This document shows, piece after piece, positions 29,419-38,583 of a DNA stretch of 38,583 bases. Made by a program: the position numbers and the translations under genes. Within the stretch, counting starts at the first letter, position 1. Each line of letters opens with the position of its first letter. The notes beneath the pieces were generated by a model that saw nothing but the letters and a program-made list of their open reading frames with translations, searched no databases and was not told the DNA's origin. The stretch is taken from assembly GCA_013375475.1 (NCBI GenBank), contig JABXKD010000034.1, positions 1 to 38,583 of the forward strand. Reading direction: 5' to 3'. This DNA comes from Promethearchaeota archaeon (GTDB lineage: Archaea; Asgardarchaeota; Lokiarchaeia; Sigyniarchaeales; SOKP01).

Positions 29419-30498
29419 TTAAAAAATATTAAAAACTAAAAACACTAGGATAATCGTAAGGGCATTATATACGCCATGAGTAATCATAACCGCTATTAAA
29501 TTTTCTTTTCTCCAATAATATAGTAAACCAAGTAAAAGGGAGATCGCGAAATAGGGAAAAAAGTTGAGGAGCAAGGAAATTACGAATACTGTCAATGATT
29601 CTGGAAGTAAGAATACTCCTATTAAATGAATTGATGAAAATATCAATGCCGTAAGTATAATTCCCCAGGTTTTGCCTAAATTACGGATTAAACCCTTTTG
29701 TAAAAACCCACGGAATAAAACTTCCTCAGATGTACCGATAATCACTATCATAATGATAACTAAAAAGACAAGACTAAGAATATCTGAAGATAGTATTAAT
29801 GCATCTACTTCACCAGGAGATCCACCTAGTTCCGAGACAATAGATACACCAAAAATTGCGGATAACAGAACTTCCATTACAAATGAAACGAAAAGAACTA
29901 ATAGTACTCCTACAACTGCAAATCCTAATCCAAGTAGAATCTCTTTTAAAAGCTGGATTTTATTATAACCCTTTGTAGTAAAACCTAATATGATTAATCG
30001 GTTACTGATATTTGGTCTTTCTAGATGTTTACCAACATACAGAAGTGGAACAATGAATAAAACTAATTCTATAAAAGAACTAAATATAATGAAATAGGGA
30101 TTAGCGACTGCATTAGATGCTTCTTCTATACTACCTGATAAAAATATAAATATGAATACGACCCCCAAAGAAATTATTTCCATAGCAGAAAATGCTGCAG
30201 CTGTTATCCCTATAGAAGCGCCGGCACCCCATAATTGTTTATCTTTTAAATTGAGGAGATCATCTTGATTAAGTCTTTTTTTTAGCAGTCTAGGTGCTCC
30301 ATAACTATAAAGTTGCTTGGAACTTTGACTCTTACGAGGCGGCATTCTCATATGGATGTTAATATATTGAAGATCGACGCCACATTTAATGCAATATTGA
30401 ATATTTTCAATTTGAGGTATTTTTGTTCCACAAATTGGACAAAAATCCCATTTCAGCTTACTTCGACTCAGTTCGCTAGAATTTTCTTTCTCATTCAT
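29419..30498 (-). CDS. CPBP-family intramembrane protease with N-terminal zinc ribbon
   Basis: CPICG...CIKCG, many TMs, EEVLFRG, FSSIH, HGVYN. Confidence 0.9.
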   Translation of the reverse strand: MNEKENSSELSRSKLKWDFCPICGTKIPQIENIQYCIKCGVDLQYINIHMRMPPRKSQSSKQLYSYGAPRLLKKRLNQDDLLNLKDKQLWGAGASIGITAAAFSAMEIISLGVVFIFIFLSGSIEEASNAVANPYFIIFSSFIELVLFIVPLLYVGKHLERPNISNRLIILGFTTKGYNKIQLLKEILLGLGFAVVGVLLVLFVSFVMEVLLSAIFGVSIVSELGGSPGEVDALILSSDILSLVFLVIIMIVIIGTSEEVLFRGFLQKGLIRNLGKTWGIILTALIFSSIHLIGVFLLPESLTVFVISLLLNFFPYFAISLLLGLLYYWRKENLIAVMITHGVYNALTIILVFLVFNIF

Positions 30499-30593
30499 TC
30501 TTATTTTAGATTAAGATTGATTGTGTTATTTGCTTTAGTTTTATTATTGTTTTTGATTTAAAAGTATACCGTGTAAAAAATTTATTTGTCTAT

Positions 30594-32354
30594 TTAATGA
30601 GTGAAATAGCATATTAATGCATTATCTACCCATTTTATTGGATTTACAAATCCAAATCGTTCGAATTGAATAGGCTTATTTAAAGGGATTTTAGCTAGGT
30701 TTACTTCACCCCTACCTTGTGATATCGTTCCATCTGGTTTTATTATTGAAATGTGAACATTATTTTCTTTGAAAACCCATTGAATGATCGAAAAATCCCT
30801 ATTTAATTTAAAGCTGTTAAAGTTAGATTTTATTAAATTCTCGTTCAAGTCTACAGCAGTTATTTGAATGTTTATCAAGTCTTTTAATCGAATTATTTGC
30901 CCGATCCTTAACTGATTCGCATCTTTACGAGCAATCAGGGTGTTTAATTTGCCATCTTTTGCTGTAACTTTAATTTTCCTTTTTCCCTTTGTTGGATTTG
31001 ACGGTAACAGTAAGGGTTCTGCAGTATATTCTGAGAATGGTACATTCTCAATCTCAATATTGATTGGGTCTTCTACATAGAAGTATCTACTTGAAATACT
31101 ATCTATAATATCTTTATTTTTTGAATATAACCATGACTCGTCAAAAACTATTCCTGTTGTTGACATTCCTAACTCCAAAAGGGCTTCTTTTAGCGCTTCA
31201 GCTTTAATCCCTCTTTTCTCTAACGATTGTAGGCTCCAAGTCCTTGGATCGTCCCAACCTTCGTAAATACCTTTCGTAATATTGTTTCTAGACTGTGTTT
31301 TGCTTAGCTTCATATTTGGAAACTTTATTCTGCCATAATGTAAAAATTCACTCTTTTTCCATTTAAAATGATCCCAGATGAATGCTTCAATTACATCCTC
31401 TTTTACCAAATCTATGCCCCTTAGAATGTGCGTTGCGCCTATTAAATGATCGTCAATTGCCCATGAAAATTCTAACATTGGCCAAGCAAAATACTTATTT
31501 CCTACGCGGGGATGATCCGCTTCAGAAATTCTCATCATAATTTGATCTCTTAAAGCAGGATCTTTTTGATCCATTCCAGTTTTTAATCTTACTACAGCTT
31601 CCGTTTCACGATATTTACCCGCTTTCATATTATCCCATTCTTTAAGATTTGTAGCAATAGATTGATTTCTGTGAGGACAATTCTTCTTTTGTTTTTTATA
31701 ACTATCCCGAAACTCAAGTGCACTACAGAAACATGCATAAGCCATGTCATCCTGAATGAGTTTCTCGCAATATTCGTAATATATTTCTAACCTATCACTC
31801 TTATAATAGACTTTGGAATAATCAACATTTAACCATTTTAATCCATCTTCTATTAATTTATAAGCCTCGGGAATTACGTACTTCGCTTTTGGACTATTTC
31901 TCATAGATTTTGGACTCCCGATCGTGTCATCGAAAAATAAGATTAACTCCCCCTTATATTTGTTTACATATTCACTATTTAGGATCACCATTCTCGCGTT
32001 TCCAATATGTAAGGCTCCACTAGGATATGGTGCTAAGCGCATGATAATCTTTTCGTAATTTTCAGTGTTGAGCAAGCGGGGTAATTCTTTTTCTTCTTTG
32101 GCGGAAGTCTTTTTCTCGAGTGCAGTGGGATCTAATTCTAGTAATTTTTCTCGCTGCTCTTGTTCTGTTAGTTTAGAAATTTCTACAGCAATCTCATCAA
32201 GCAAGGGCTTAATTTCGTTTATTCGGGTTCTTAGTTCTGATTCTTGACTCATTAATTTTCCCATAATAGCCTTCAAATTCGGTTTCCCTCCAAATTTCAC
32301 GGCGTTTGTTAGACCAAATAACAAAATTAGCCTTTTAATTTCAACGATATCCAT
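30594..32354 (-). CDS. gltX: Glutamate--tRNA ligase (archaeal type)
   Basis: RLAPYPSG.LHIGN (HIGH), LSKT (KMSKS-like), WDDPR, QFERFGF. Start corrected to ATG 32354 (MDIVEIK). Confidence 0.95.
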   Translation of the reverse strand: MDIVEIKRLILLFGLTNAVKFGGKPNLKAIMGKLMSQESELRTRINEIKPLLDEIAVEISKLTEQEQREKLLELDPTALEKKTSAKEEKELPRLLNTENYEKIIMRLAPYPSGALHIGNARMVILNSEYVNKYKGELILFFDDTIGSPKSMRNSPKAKYVIPEAYKLIEDGLKWLNVDYSKVYYKSDRLEIYYEYCEKLIQDDMAYACFCSALEFRDSYKKQKKNCPHRNQSIATNLKEWDNMKAGKYRETEAVVRLKTGMDQKDPALRDQIMMRISEADHPRVGNKYFAWPMLEFSWAIDDHLIGATHILRGIDLVKEDVIEAFIWDHFKWKKSEFLHYGRIKFPNMKLSKTQSRNNITKGIYEGWDDPRTWSLQSLEKRGIKAEALKEALLELGMSTTGIVFDESWLYSKNKDIIDSISSRYFYVEDPINIEIENVPFSEYTAEPLLLPSNPTKGKRKIKVTAKDGKLNTLIARKDANQLRIGQIIRLKDLINIQITAVDLNENLIKSNFNSFKLNRDFSIIQWVFKENNVHISIIKPDGTISQGRGEVNLAKIPLNKPIQFERFGFVNPIKWVDNALICYFTH

Positions 32355-32520
32355 TTCTAGAATCTCACTTACAAGATAGTTAATTTTTATTCTAATTTCG
32401 AAAGCTATTTGAATATTAATAATAAACCTTTTCAAAAAAAATAAATCATTATTAAGGTGAATAAAGGCTAATAAATATATTAGAGTAAGCATTAAAAATA
32501 AGAATTTTTGGTGTTCAGGT

Positions 32521-32805
32521 ATTTTCTATAGAGGTTATATCTTAATCAGGTTAAAAGTCATCGGAACTGAATGGGAAGTTGTCGAAAGGTTAACAGGACT
32601 AAAATCAAATAATCTCGATGAAAATTGGAAAGTTACTTATGTAACCCCTGTTTATGGGGGTTGGGATTTAGTTGCAGAATGCACATTTACTAAACTGCAG
32701 GAATTAGATAAAATAGTGACCTTTATTCGTGTAGACAAAGATTTATCTAGCTGGATTGAAGAAACTACTACTCTGGTGTCTAGTAAACCGGACTATCCTA
32801 GATAA
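32521..32805 (+). CDS. Stand-alone Lrp/AsnC ligand-binding (RAM) domain protein, probable ATT start
   Basis: Absent from the ORF track. Frame reads (M)FYRGYILIRLKVIGTEWEVVERL...VTPVYGGWDLVAEC...IEETTTLVS...*, with GGTG 7 nt upstream of ATT. Confidence 0.78.
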   Translation: MFYRGYILIRLKVIGTEWEVVERLTGLKSNNLDENWKVTYVTPVYGGWDLVAECTFTKLQELDKIVTFIRVDKDLSSWIEETTTLVSSKPDYPR

Positions 32806-32905
32806 CCTGTATGCTTCAGAGTTAGCGTTTTTTAACCATTAAAATTCTTAATAGAGAAATAAAGTATTTTAACTATTAATCACGATTATTTATTAATAAA
32901 AAAAT

Positions 32906-33008
32906 AGCCCAGTGGTCTAGTGGATAGGATACTTGCTTGCGGAGCAAGGGATCGGGGGTTCAAACCTCTTGAAATATCTTCAAGGGAGAACAAGTCCCCC
33001 CTGGGCTA
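32906..33008 (+). tRNA. tRNA-Arg(GCG) with a 30-nt intron in the T loop at 58/59 (32964-32993)
   Basis: Acceptor AGCCCAG/CTGGGCT, A20 in the D loop, anticodon arm CTTGC-TTGCGGA-GCAAG, T stem GGGGG/CCCCC. BHB has a GTTC/GAAC central helix and AAA, AAG bulges. Confidence 0.9.
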
Positions 33009-33014
33009 CTTCTT

Positions 33015-33791
33015 CTAACTTATGTAATTTAAAACTTCATTTATAGATTTTATTTTTATTACATTAGGTATAGTGATTTCCCGTTCGTAAGGAAATTCAT
33101 ACTCTCTTTCCTTTAGAACAATTTGCATACCGACTCTATTAGCACCAACAGCGTCCGCAGCTTCATCCCCTACCATAATACAATCTTTAGCCTCATGCTT
33201 TTCTAAACCCATCTTCTTTAATGTATATAGAAAAATATCGGGATTAGGCTTTCTTTTACCAAATTTAGCGGAAGTAACTATCACATCAAAATAATGTTGT
33301 AAATTGTTGCTTTCGAGTAAATTTTTTATAGTTTTATGGTTTGGGTGATTAGAGATAAGCCCTATTTTTAAGGCTTCAATTCTGGATAGAGCTTCTAATG
33401 TATTTTTAGTTTCATTATAAGGTTTCCATTCTTCTTCCTCGCAAGAATGATAGATTTCAGCAAGATCTTCATATAACTCGGTCTTGATATTCTCAATCTT
33501 AAGGGAACCATCTTTTATGAGATCATCCAGAACGGTCTCGAAAACCTGTGATGTAGGATACTCTTCTTTTGTTTTTCTTTGTATTTTAAAAGCATGGCTT
33601 CTTTTTCTGTTAAAAATTTTAATGAATTGGTCAATAACTACGTCAGTTTCCTTAAAGATATTCTCTTTCTTCAGTGTTTCTATAGTTTTCGATAACCCGC
33701 GTTTGAAACAATCCATATATTTTTCAACGGATGGATTCTCAAAAGAAAATAATGTAAAACCAAAATCGAATATTATACCCTTTACTTTCAT
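33015..33791 (-). CDS. HAD-superfamily hydrolase (subfamily IA)
   Basis: IIFDFGFTL, ISN, RKPNPDIF, MVGD...D..GA...GM. Confidence 0.9.
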   Translation of the reverse strand: MKVKGIIFDFGFTLFSFENPSVEKYMDCFKRGLSKTIETLKKENIFKETDVVIDQFIKIFNRKRSHAFKIQRKTKEEYPTSQVFETVLDDLIKDGSLKIENIKTELYEDLAEIYHSCEEEEWKPYNETKNTLEALSRIEALKIGLISNHPNHKTIKNLLESNNLQHYFDVIVTSAKFGKRKPNPDIFLYTLKKMGLEKHEAKDCIMVGDEAADAVGANRVGMQIVLKEREYEFPYEREITIPNVIKIKSINEVLNYIS

Positions 33792-33922
33792 TCTAAATAT
33801 ATTAATTGTATGAATTAATATTAAGCTATCTCTCTACACATTTAAAACGAAATTTAATCTACTATATTAATAAATTAATAGATATTTAAAATTGGGAATT
33901 AAATTAATATAATTCATAGAAC

Positions 33923-34453
33923 ATGTCAATTGAAAAATGGCTCGATGATGAGGCTACGATAGAAGAGAGAAAGAAGAGGGATGAAATTTATCAATCATTA
34001 TCGAAAGAAGAAAAAATTGATTTAAAACAGCAAAAAGTTCAAGATTTGGTACAAAAAGTTAAACAAAAGAAGATAATCAGCGATGAACGCAGAGATCTTT
34101 TAAGCAAAGTTATAGATTTTAAAGATTGGCTTGATAATCGAACGTACATAAAAGGAGATATAGAAAGGATAGAAACTTGGATTGAAAATTTATATCTTAT
34201 TCTTCGCGAGAGCTTAGAAAACCAAAACAGCCATAATAGTGAAGATGGTATGAAAGCTATCATTCAAGATTATAAATCTATACCAATCAATTTGTTAGAT
34301 GAAAGGACGCGCATTGCTTTAAACAAAAAACTCAAAGGTATGAAAAAAACAAATTCCGATAACTATTACTTAAGAAAGTTAAAATCTACAGTAAGAGAAA
34401 AATTAAAAGAAGCGGAATATTATGAAATTTTAAGAGCCATACTAGAGAGTTGA
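33923..34453 (+). CDS. Hypothetical helical protein
   Basis: 176-aa charged helical ORF; its stop overlaps the next gene start (TTGA). Confidence 0.65.
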   Translation: MSIEKWLDDEATIEERKKRDEIYQSLSKEEKIDLKQQKVQDLVQKVKQKKIISDERRDLLSKVIDFKDWLDNRTYIKGDIERIETWIENLYLILRESLENQNSHNSEDGMKAIIQDYKSIPINLLDERTRIALNKKLKGMKKTNSDNYYLRKLKSTVREKLKEAEYYEILRAILES

Positions 34454-35550
34454 TTTTAAGTTTGAAATTAATTTGTCCAATTGCAGGTGTAGGACAACGA
34501 CTTCAGCCATTCACTTATTCAAAACCCAAAGCATTTTTAAAATTAGCTGGGAAAAGATTAATTGACCACATCCTTGAAAAGTTAAAAAGAACTTTTCCTA
34601 AAGGAACGGATATAACCTTTATTGTAGGATATAAAAAAAGACAGATTTCAGAATATATAAAGAATCATTACTCGGATTACTTCAGCTTAAAATTTATTGA
34701 GCAGAAACCGCTAGGTTTTTTAGCCGATACGCCCTTTTTCAGCGGTCTTGGAGATGCTATATTATTAGCGAGAGATTTCGTTAAGGATGACGATTGCTTT
34801 ATTTTTCTAAGTGATAGGCTTCCAATGGAAGATTATTCTTCTGTTTTACTCACATATCACCAAGGGAATTGCGATGCGGTTATTAATATTAAAAAGGTAG
34901 ATAACCCTCAATTTTACGGTGTTACCGTTGTAGATGAAGATATGAATTTAAATAAAATCGTTGAAAAACCGCAAGAATTTATTTCTAATTTTGCTGTTTC
35001 TGGTGCTTATCTTTTTGGAAAGGCTTCAGTTACTCGATTGTTTGAGCTTTTAGAAGAACAAAGTAAAGTAGAAATAACTAACGGTAATGAGCATCAATTA
35101 ACACCAATTATACAGCGTTTAATAAACGAGGGCGTCTCTTTTAAAGGGAATGTGATGCAGAGTGAAGTATTAGATTTCGGAAGACCCGAAACACTACTTG
35201 ATGGTAATCGCTATTTATTATCTGAAGCAAAGTTAAAGGATCCCTTATTTGAAAATTTGTTTCAAAAGGGAAATATAATAGACTCAAAATTAATTCCTCC
35301 AGTTTTTATTGGAAGTAATGTGAAAATCAAGAATTCTATAATTGGCCCTAATGTATCAATTGGTGACGATTCAGTTTTAGAAAAATGTATTCTCTCTGAA
35401 TCTGTGATAGGAGATGGAGTATTTTTGAGAAAAATAATTTCTTCTAACAGTATTATTGGTGACTACTCCATTTTAGAAGATTTAATTAAGAAAAATATCA
35501 CTATTGGTGACTCTTCTTATATTACAACATCAAAGATGAAATCTTTTTAA
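34450..35550 (+). CDS. Sugar-phosphate nucleotidyltransferase (long-form glucose-1-phosphate thymidylyltransferase-like) with C-terminal LbH domain
   Basis: AGVGQRLQPFT..KPK, GLGDA, VEKP, DFGRPE, IGPNVSIG hexapeptide repeats. Start may be TTG 34462. Confidence 0.88.
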   Translation: MILSLKLICPIAGVGQRLQPFTYSKPKAFLKLAGKRLIDHILEKLKRTFPKGTDITFIVGYKKRQISEYIKNHYSDYFSLKFIEQKPLGFLADTPFFSGLGDAILLARDFVKDDDCFIFLSDRLPMEDYSSVLLTYHQGNCDAVINIKKVDNPQFYGVTVVDEDMNLNKIVEKPQEFISNFAVSGAYLFGKASVTRLFELLEEQSKVEITNGNEHQLTPIIQRLINEGVSFKGNVMQSEVLDFGRPETLLDGNRYLLSEAKLKDPLFENLFQKGNIIDSKLIPPVFIGSNVKIKNSIIGPNVSIGDDSVLEKCILSESVIGDGVFLRKIISSNSIIGDYSILEDLIKKNITIGDSSYITTSKMKSF

Positions 35551-35570
35551 TAAAAATAAAAAAAAAGGCA

Positions 35571-36992
35571 TTAGTTAAATATTGGGCGCTTATCTTGCCA
35601 AGGAGCAATTTCTTCAAAAGCATTTGAAACTTGGAAGATTAATAATTCTTCGAATCTATTACCAATAATTTGCATTCCAATAGGTAACCCATCATTGGAC
35701 CAGCCACAGGGAATAGAAGCTGCAGGATGTCCAGTTAAATTGAAAGGAAATGTAAATGCTGTAAATCCTGTTGGTGGAACGCTAATTCCATTAATTACGG
35801 ATGGGCCATCAGTTCCCTTATCGAATGCTGGTACTGCCATTGTTGGTGTAATTAATAAGTCGTATTTTTTAAAATATCTACAAACTTCTTCATAAAGCTT
35901 CTTTTTTATATCCATAGCTTTGAAATAATCTAAAACACCGTAATTTGAACCAGCTTCAACGAATTTTACTAGTGTAGGTGACATAAGATCTTTCCATTTC
36001 TTATAGTGTCTTTTAAGATCATAGGCAAACCAGGAAGTGAAGATAATATTAAATGCATATTCAGGTTTTTTCAACTTTATTTTAACTTCTTCAACACTAT
36101 AACCAAATTCTTCAAATTTATAAACCGAATCTAGTATTTTCTCTTTAATAATCGGTTCTAGAGCTTTAACAAAACCTAAATTAAAGGAGTAACCAATTTT
36201 TAATTTTCTTGGTTTATTCTCAATATTTTCTAAATAACTGATATTTTGATCTGGTAATGAATGTTTATCTGCATGTTGAGATCCCTTTATTACATCTAAC
36301 ATTAAAGCCGCATCTTTAACATATCTTACAATTGGACCATATTGATCAAGTCCAATCTCACTTAATAAGCCAATTGTTGGATATAATGGAACCCTTCCAA
36401 TAGTTGATTTAATTCCAAAAACTCCACAAAGAGAACTAGGATTCCTTATTGATCCTCCTGCGTCAGCTCCCAGAGCTAAAGGTCCAAGCCCACTGGCCAC
36501 TGCAGCTGCTGCACCACCGCTAGATCCTCCTGTAGATTTTTCTATATTCCAAGGATTTACAGATTCTCCAAAAATTAAATTCCTTGTAAAACCATGGTGT
36601 CCAAATTCTGGCATATTAGTTTTTCCTAAAATAACACATCCTGCTTTCTTCAACCTACTTACACAGAGATCATCTTCTTCAGGAATGTAATTCTCATAGA
36701 TCTTTGACCCAAAAGTAGTTCTTATTCCTTTAATTGGCATTTCATCTTTAATTGAAGTGGGGATACCCTGTAGAGATCCTAATTTCTCACCTTTTTTAAC
36801 AGCTTCATCTGCCTTTTTAGCTGTTTCTCTAGCCCACTCAAAAGTAGGTGTACAAAATGCATTTATTACCGGATTAATCTTTTTAATTCGTTCAATTATT
36901 GTTTCAGTAATTTCAACTGAAGATAATTCCTGAGTTTTGATTTTTTCTCGCATTTCAAGAGCCGACATAAAGCAAATATCTTCTTTATTCAT
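35571..36992 (-). CDS. Amidase-signature family amidase
   Basis: SIKD, GKTNMPEF, GGSSGG, D.GGSIR.P, GLPIGMQ. Confidence 0.92.
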   Translation of the reverse strand: MNKEDICFMSALEMREKIKTQELSSVEITETIIERIKKINPVINAFCTPTFEWARETAKKADEAVKKGEKLGSLQGIPTSIKDEMPIKGIRTTFGSKIYENYIPEEDDLCVSRLKKAGCVILGKTNMPEFGHHGFTRNLIFGESVNPWNIEKSTGGSSGGAAAAVASGLGPLALGADAGGSIRNPSSLCGVFGIKSTIGRVPLYPTIGLLSEIGLDQYGPIVRYVKDAALMLDVIKGSQHADKHSLPDQNISYLENIENKPRKLKIGYSFNLGFVKALEPIIKEKILDSVYKFEEFGYSVEEVKIKLKKPEYAFNIIFTSWFAYDLKRHYKKWKDLMSPTLVKFVEAGSNYGVLDYFKAMDIKKKLYEEVCRYFKKYDLLITPTMAVPAFDKGTDGPSVINGISVPPTGFTAFTFPFNLTGHPAASIPCGWSNDGLPIGMQIIGNRFEELLIFQVSNAFEEIAPWQDKRPIFN

Positions 36993-37201
36993 AGTTTTTT
37001 ACCTCAGTAGAATTAATTTTAATATATTATTGATTATTTGAAGTATCTAATATAAATTAATATCTTCGTTTAGTTAAAACAGATGTAAAAATCCAAAATC
37101 AAATTTTTAAGTTTAAAAAAATTATTAACTTACAGTTTATTATAATTGATATTCTATGGTATAATTATTCATAGTATTAGAAAAGAATTTTTGATGATAA
37201 A

Positions 37202-37888
37202 TTGAAAAACAAACTTAAACTCCTCTGCGTCATCGGTCTGTTCTATTTTTGTATATTTACTTCTTGTGTTAACCTGAATGCTAAAGCACAAGAAGACGAA
37301 TATAGTGTAGGTTTCAACGAAGGAACTGAATTAATTTGGGAGGTAGCTGAATTAGATTTAATGAAATTTAAAGAAACCTTTGGATTTGAACCTAATTTTG
37401 AAATAGGAGATCAAAACAGAATGATTATAAGGGAAATTGATAGTGCCGCTGGAGTTTGGACAATCGAAATAGAATTTTGGGATTATAAAACCGATTGGGG
37501 TTTGAGTGGAAGAACAGTTACTCTATTTATGGGAAAAGATCCGAGTCAATACGATGACTATCTATTTAGCCTTTATCCCGTTGAACAATATTTGGATGAA
37601 GCGATATCACATTTACCTACTGACTACTATAGACTTGGACTTTCGGTATATAAACAGGGAAAAAGCAGCACAGGGTTGGATTACCTATGGGAAAAGGAAT
37701 ATGATTCTAGAGGGATTCTGATAACTGAGACTGTATACGACGAATTCGACCAAATTATCATAAGATTAGAAGGGACTTTTCGATTTATACCCTTTGGTAT
37801 GTATTTTATCGGTTTTACAATATTGGCGATTATTGCTATAATAGGTGTTTCTATAAGAAAGAATAAACTCAGAATTAAGAGTGTATAA
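37202..37888 (+). CDS. Secreted protein with C-terminal membrane anchor
   Basis: N-terminal signal peptide (K-rich, hydrophobic, AKA|Q), acidic beta-rich body, IPFG followed by a TM and basic tail. Confidence 0.75.
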   Translation: MKNKLKLLCVIGLFYFCIFTSCVNLNAKAQEDEYSVGFNEGTELIWEVAELDLMKFKETFGFEPNFEIGDQNRMIIREIDSAAGVWTIEIEFWDYKTDWGLSGRTVTLFMGKDPSQYDDYLFSLYPVEQYLDEAISHLPTDYYRLGLSVYKQGKSSTGLDYLWEKEYDSRGILITETVYDEFDQIIIRLEGTFRFIPFGMYFIGFTILAIIAIIGVSIRKNKLRIKSV

Positions 37889-37926
37889 TCGCCAACATAC
37901 TAATTTTAAGGTTTTATTATATAAAA

Positions 37927-38343
37927 TTAAAATTTAAAATCTTTTTGCCATTGTTTATACCCAATTTGCCAAAGTTTTAGTCTTGGTTTATTCACTTTAC
38001 TATCCACTTCAATTCCAGGTTGAGGATGTTCCATTACATTACGATACCGCTCGTAATATTCTTTAGCAGTTGAAACCCCTTCAATTATGCTTAATATGGC
38101 TTTTTCTGTAAAATAAAGTATTAAATCTGGTTTAATTTCAGGTTTATTTTTTGACATCTCTAGTGAAATTTCATTCTTTTTAAATAAGTAGAAGTTTAAT
38201 TTGATATGGGTGTCATCAGTGGAATGCTCAGTGATAACATACTCCCAGCAAGCATTTTTATGCAAATGTCTCATTAAATCTAAATTTTTAGGAAAAAACC
38301 CTTTTAATTTTGTGTATAACTCTTCAGTTTCTATCATAGGCAA
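37927..38343 (-). CDS. Hypothetical protein, weak SCP2-like resemblance
   Basis: 138 aa, 3 nt downstream of the ALDH stop; KPDLILYFTE segment recalls SCP2 domains. Confidence 0.55.
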   Translation of the reverse strand: MPMIETEELYTKLKGFFPKNLDLMRHLHKNACWEYVITEHSTDDTHIKLNFYLFKKNEISLEMSKNKPEIKPDLILYFTEKAILSIIEGVSTAKEYYERYRNVMEHPQPGIEVDSKVNKPRLKLWQIGYKQWQKDFKF

Positions 38344-38346
38344 AAG

Positions 38347-38583
38347 TTATTTTATCTTATCTAAATTCAACGGAGTGCCATCATAAATATACTTTCCATA
38401 AACTAATTCTTGGGGGTAATATTTGCAACCTGCGGGATAAGCAGAATCTTTAATTCCTCCTAAGGAAACGGTAATATCAACAAGCATTGGCCTAGCGTTA
38501 ATATAAATGTTTGCTGCTTCTAATTGGTTTTTGAAAACCTCAATTTTATCCAAATTAGAAGAGTAAACCACTGCCCTCATACC
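38347..38583 (-). CDS. Aldehyde dehydrogenase family protein, C-terminal fragment (gene enters from beyond the window)
   Basis: GMRAVVYS...IYIN...LGGIKDS corresponds to the ALDH C-terminal (Y)GLxAxVxS / FGGxKxSG motifs; the frame is open to the window edge. Confidence 0.75.
   Translation of the reverse strand, partial: GMRAVVYSSNLDKIEVFKNQLEAANIYINARPMLVDITVSLGGIKDSAYPAGCKYYPQELVYGKYIYDGTPLNLDKIK

Noticed and set aside
276-30498. Eukaryote-like CAAX prenylation pathway (two CPBP proteases plus prenyltransferase-like domain)
   Set aside because: The genes are 10 kb or more apart, CPBP proteases are ubiquitous in prokaryotes, the barrel lacks the catalytic motif, and no CaaX-terminated ORF was seen
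32355-32492. 46-aa N-terminal extension of GluRS
   Set aside because: Low-complexity translation of AT-rich divergent intergenic DNA; the typical N-terminus begins at MDIVE
27906-33008. Integrated element between or next to the tRNAs
   Set aside because: No integrase, no duplicated tRNA 3' end seen, and the interval contains gltX
35571-36992. Amidase as GatA
   Set aside because: No gatB/gatC adjacent; features fit a generic amidase-signature enzyme
359-38386. Many short antisense or nested ORFs in the track (e.g. 1897-2181, 3932-4285, 9966-10256, 17725-18039, 33484-33813)
   Set aside because: They lie within well-supported genes and have no recognisable motifs; treated as shadow ORFs
1-38583. 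CRISPR array, tandem repeats or IS element
   Set aside because: No regularly spaced repeats, transposase motifs or terminal inverted repeats seen by eye; intergenic regions are short and AT-rich

Overview
AT-rich archaeal chromosomal window, most consistent with an Asgard archaeon of the Lokiarchaeia type. That assignment is inferred from archaeal core genes (histone, psmB, rps8e, SRP19, gltX, Hef-type helicase), two tRNAs with BHB-spliced non-canonical introns, and many zinc-ribbon or membrane proteins. It holds about 37 coding regions, two of them truncated at the window edges. No mobile element, prophage or CRISPR array is evident. Left part: an anaerobic acyl-CoA/2-hydroxyacid cluster (ADP-forming acyl-CoA ligase alpha, FAD-oxidoreductase plus CCG-domain Fe-S protein, two 2-hydroxyacyl-CoA dehydratase subunits). 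Centre: a 1470-aa protein with prenyltransferase-beta-like repeats, several PCI-like winged helices, long coiled coils and a C-terminal double membrane anchor. It is followed by a helicase with no recognisable nuclease domain, a B12 radical SAM gene with a candidate structured leader, an MBL hydrolase and a GH4 glycosidase. Right part: histone, an adaptin-appendage-like zinc-ribbon protein, DUF4443-JAMM facing psmB, rps8e, a split Nudix gene, hypA, srp19, tRNA-Pro(GGG) with a 25/26 intron, mtxX, gltX, an unannotated ATT-start Lrp/AsnC-domain gene, tRNA-Arg(GCG) with a 58/59 intron, and housekeeping enzymes. All family calls come from motif recognition by eye; no database searches were run.
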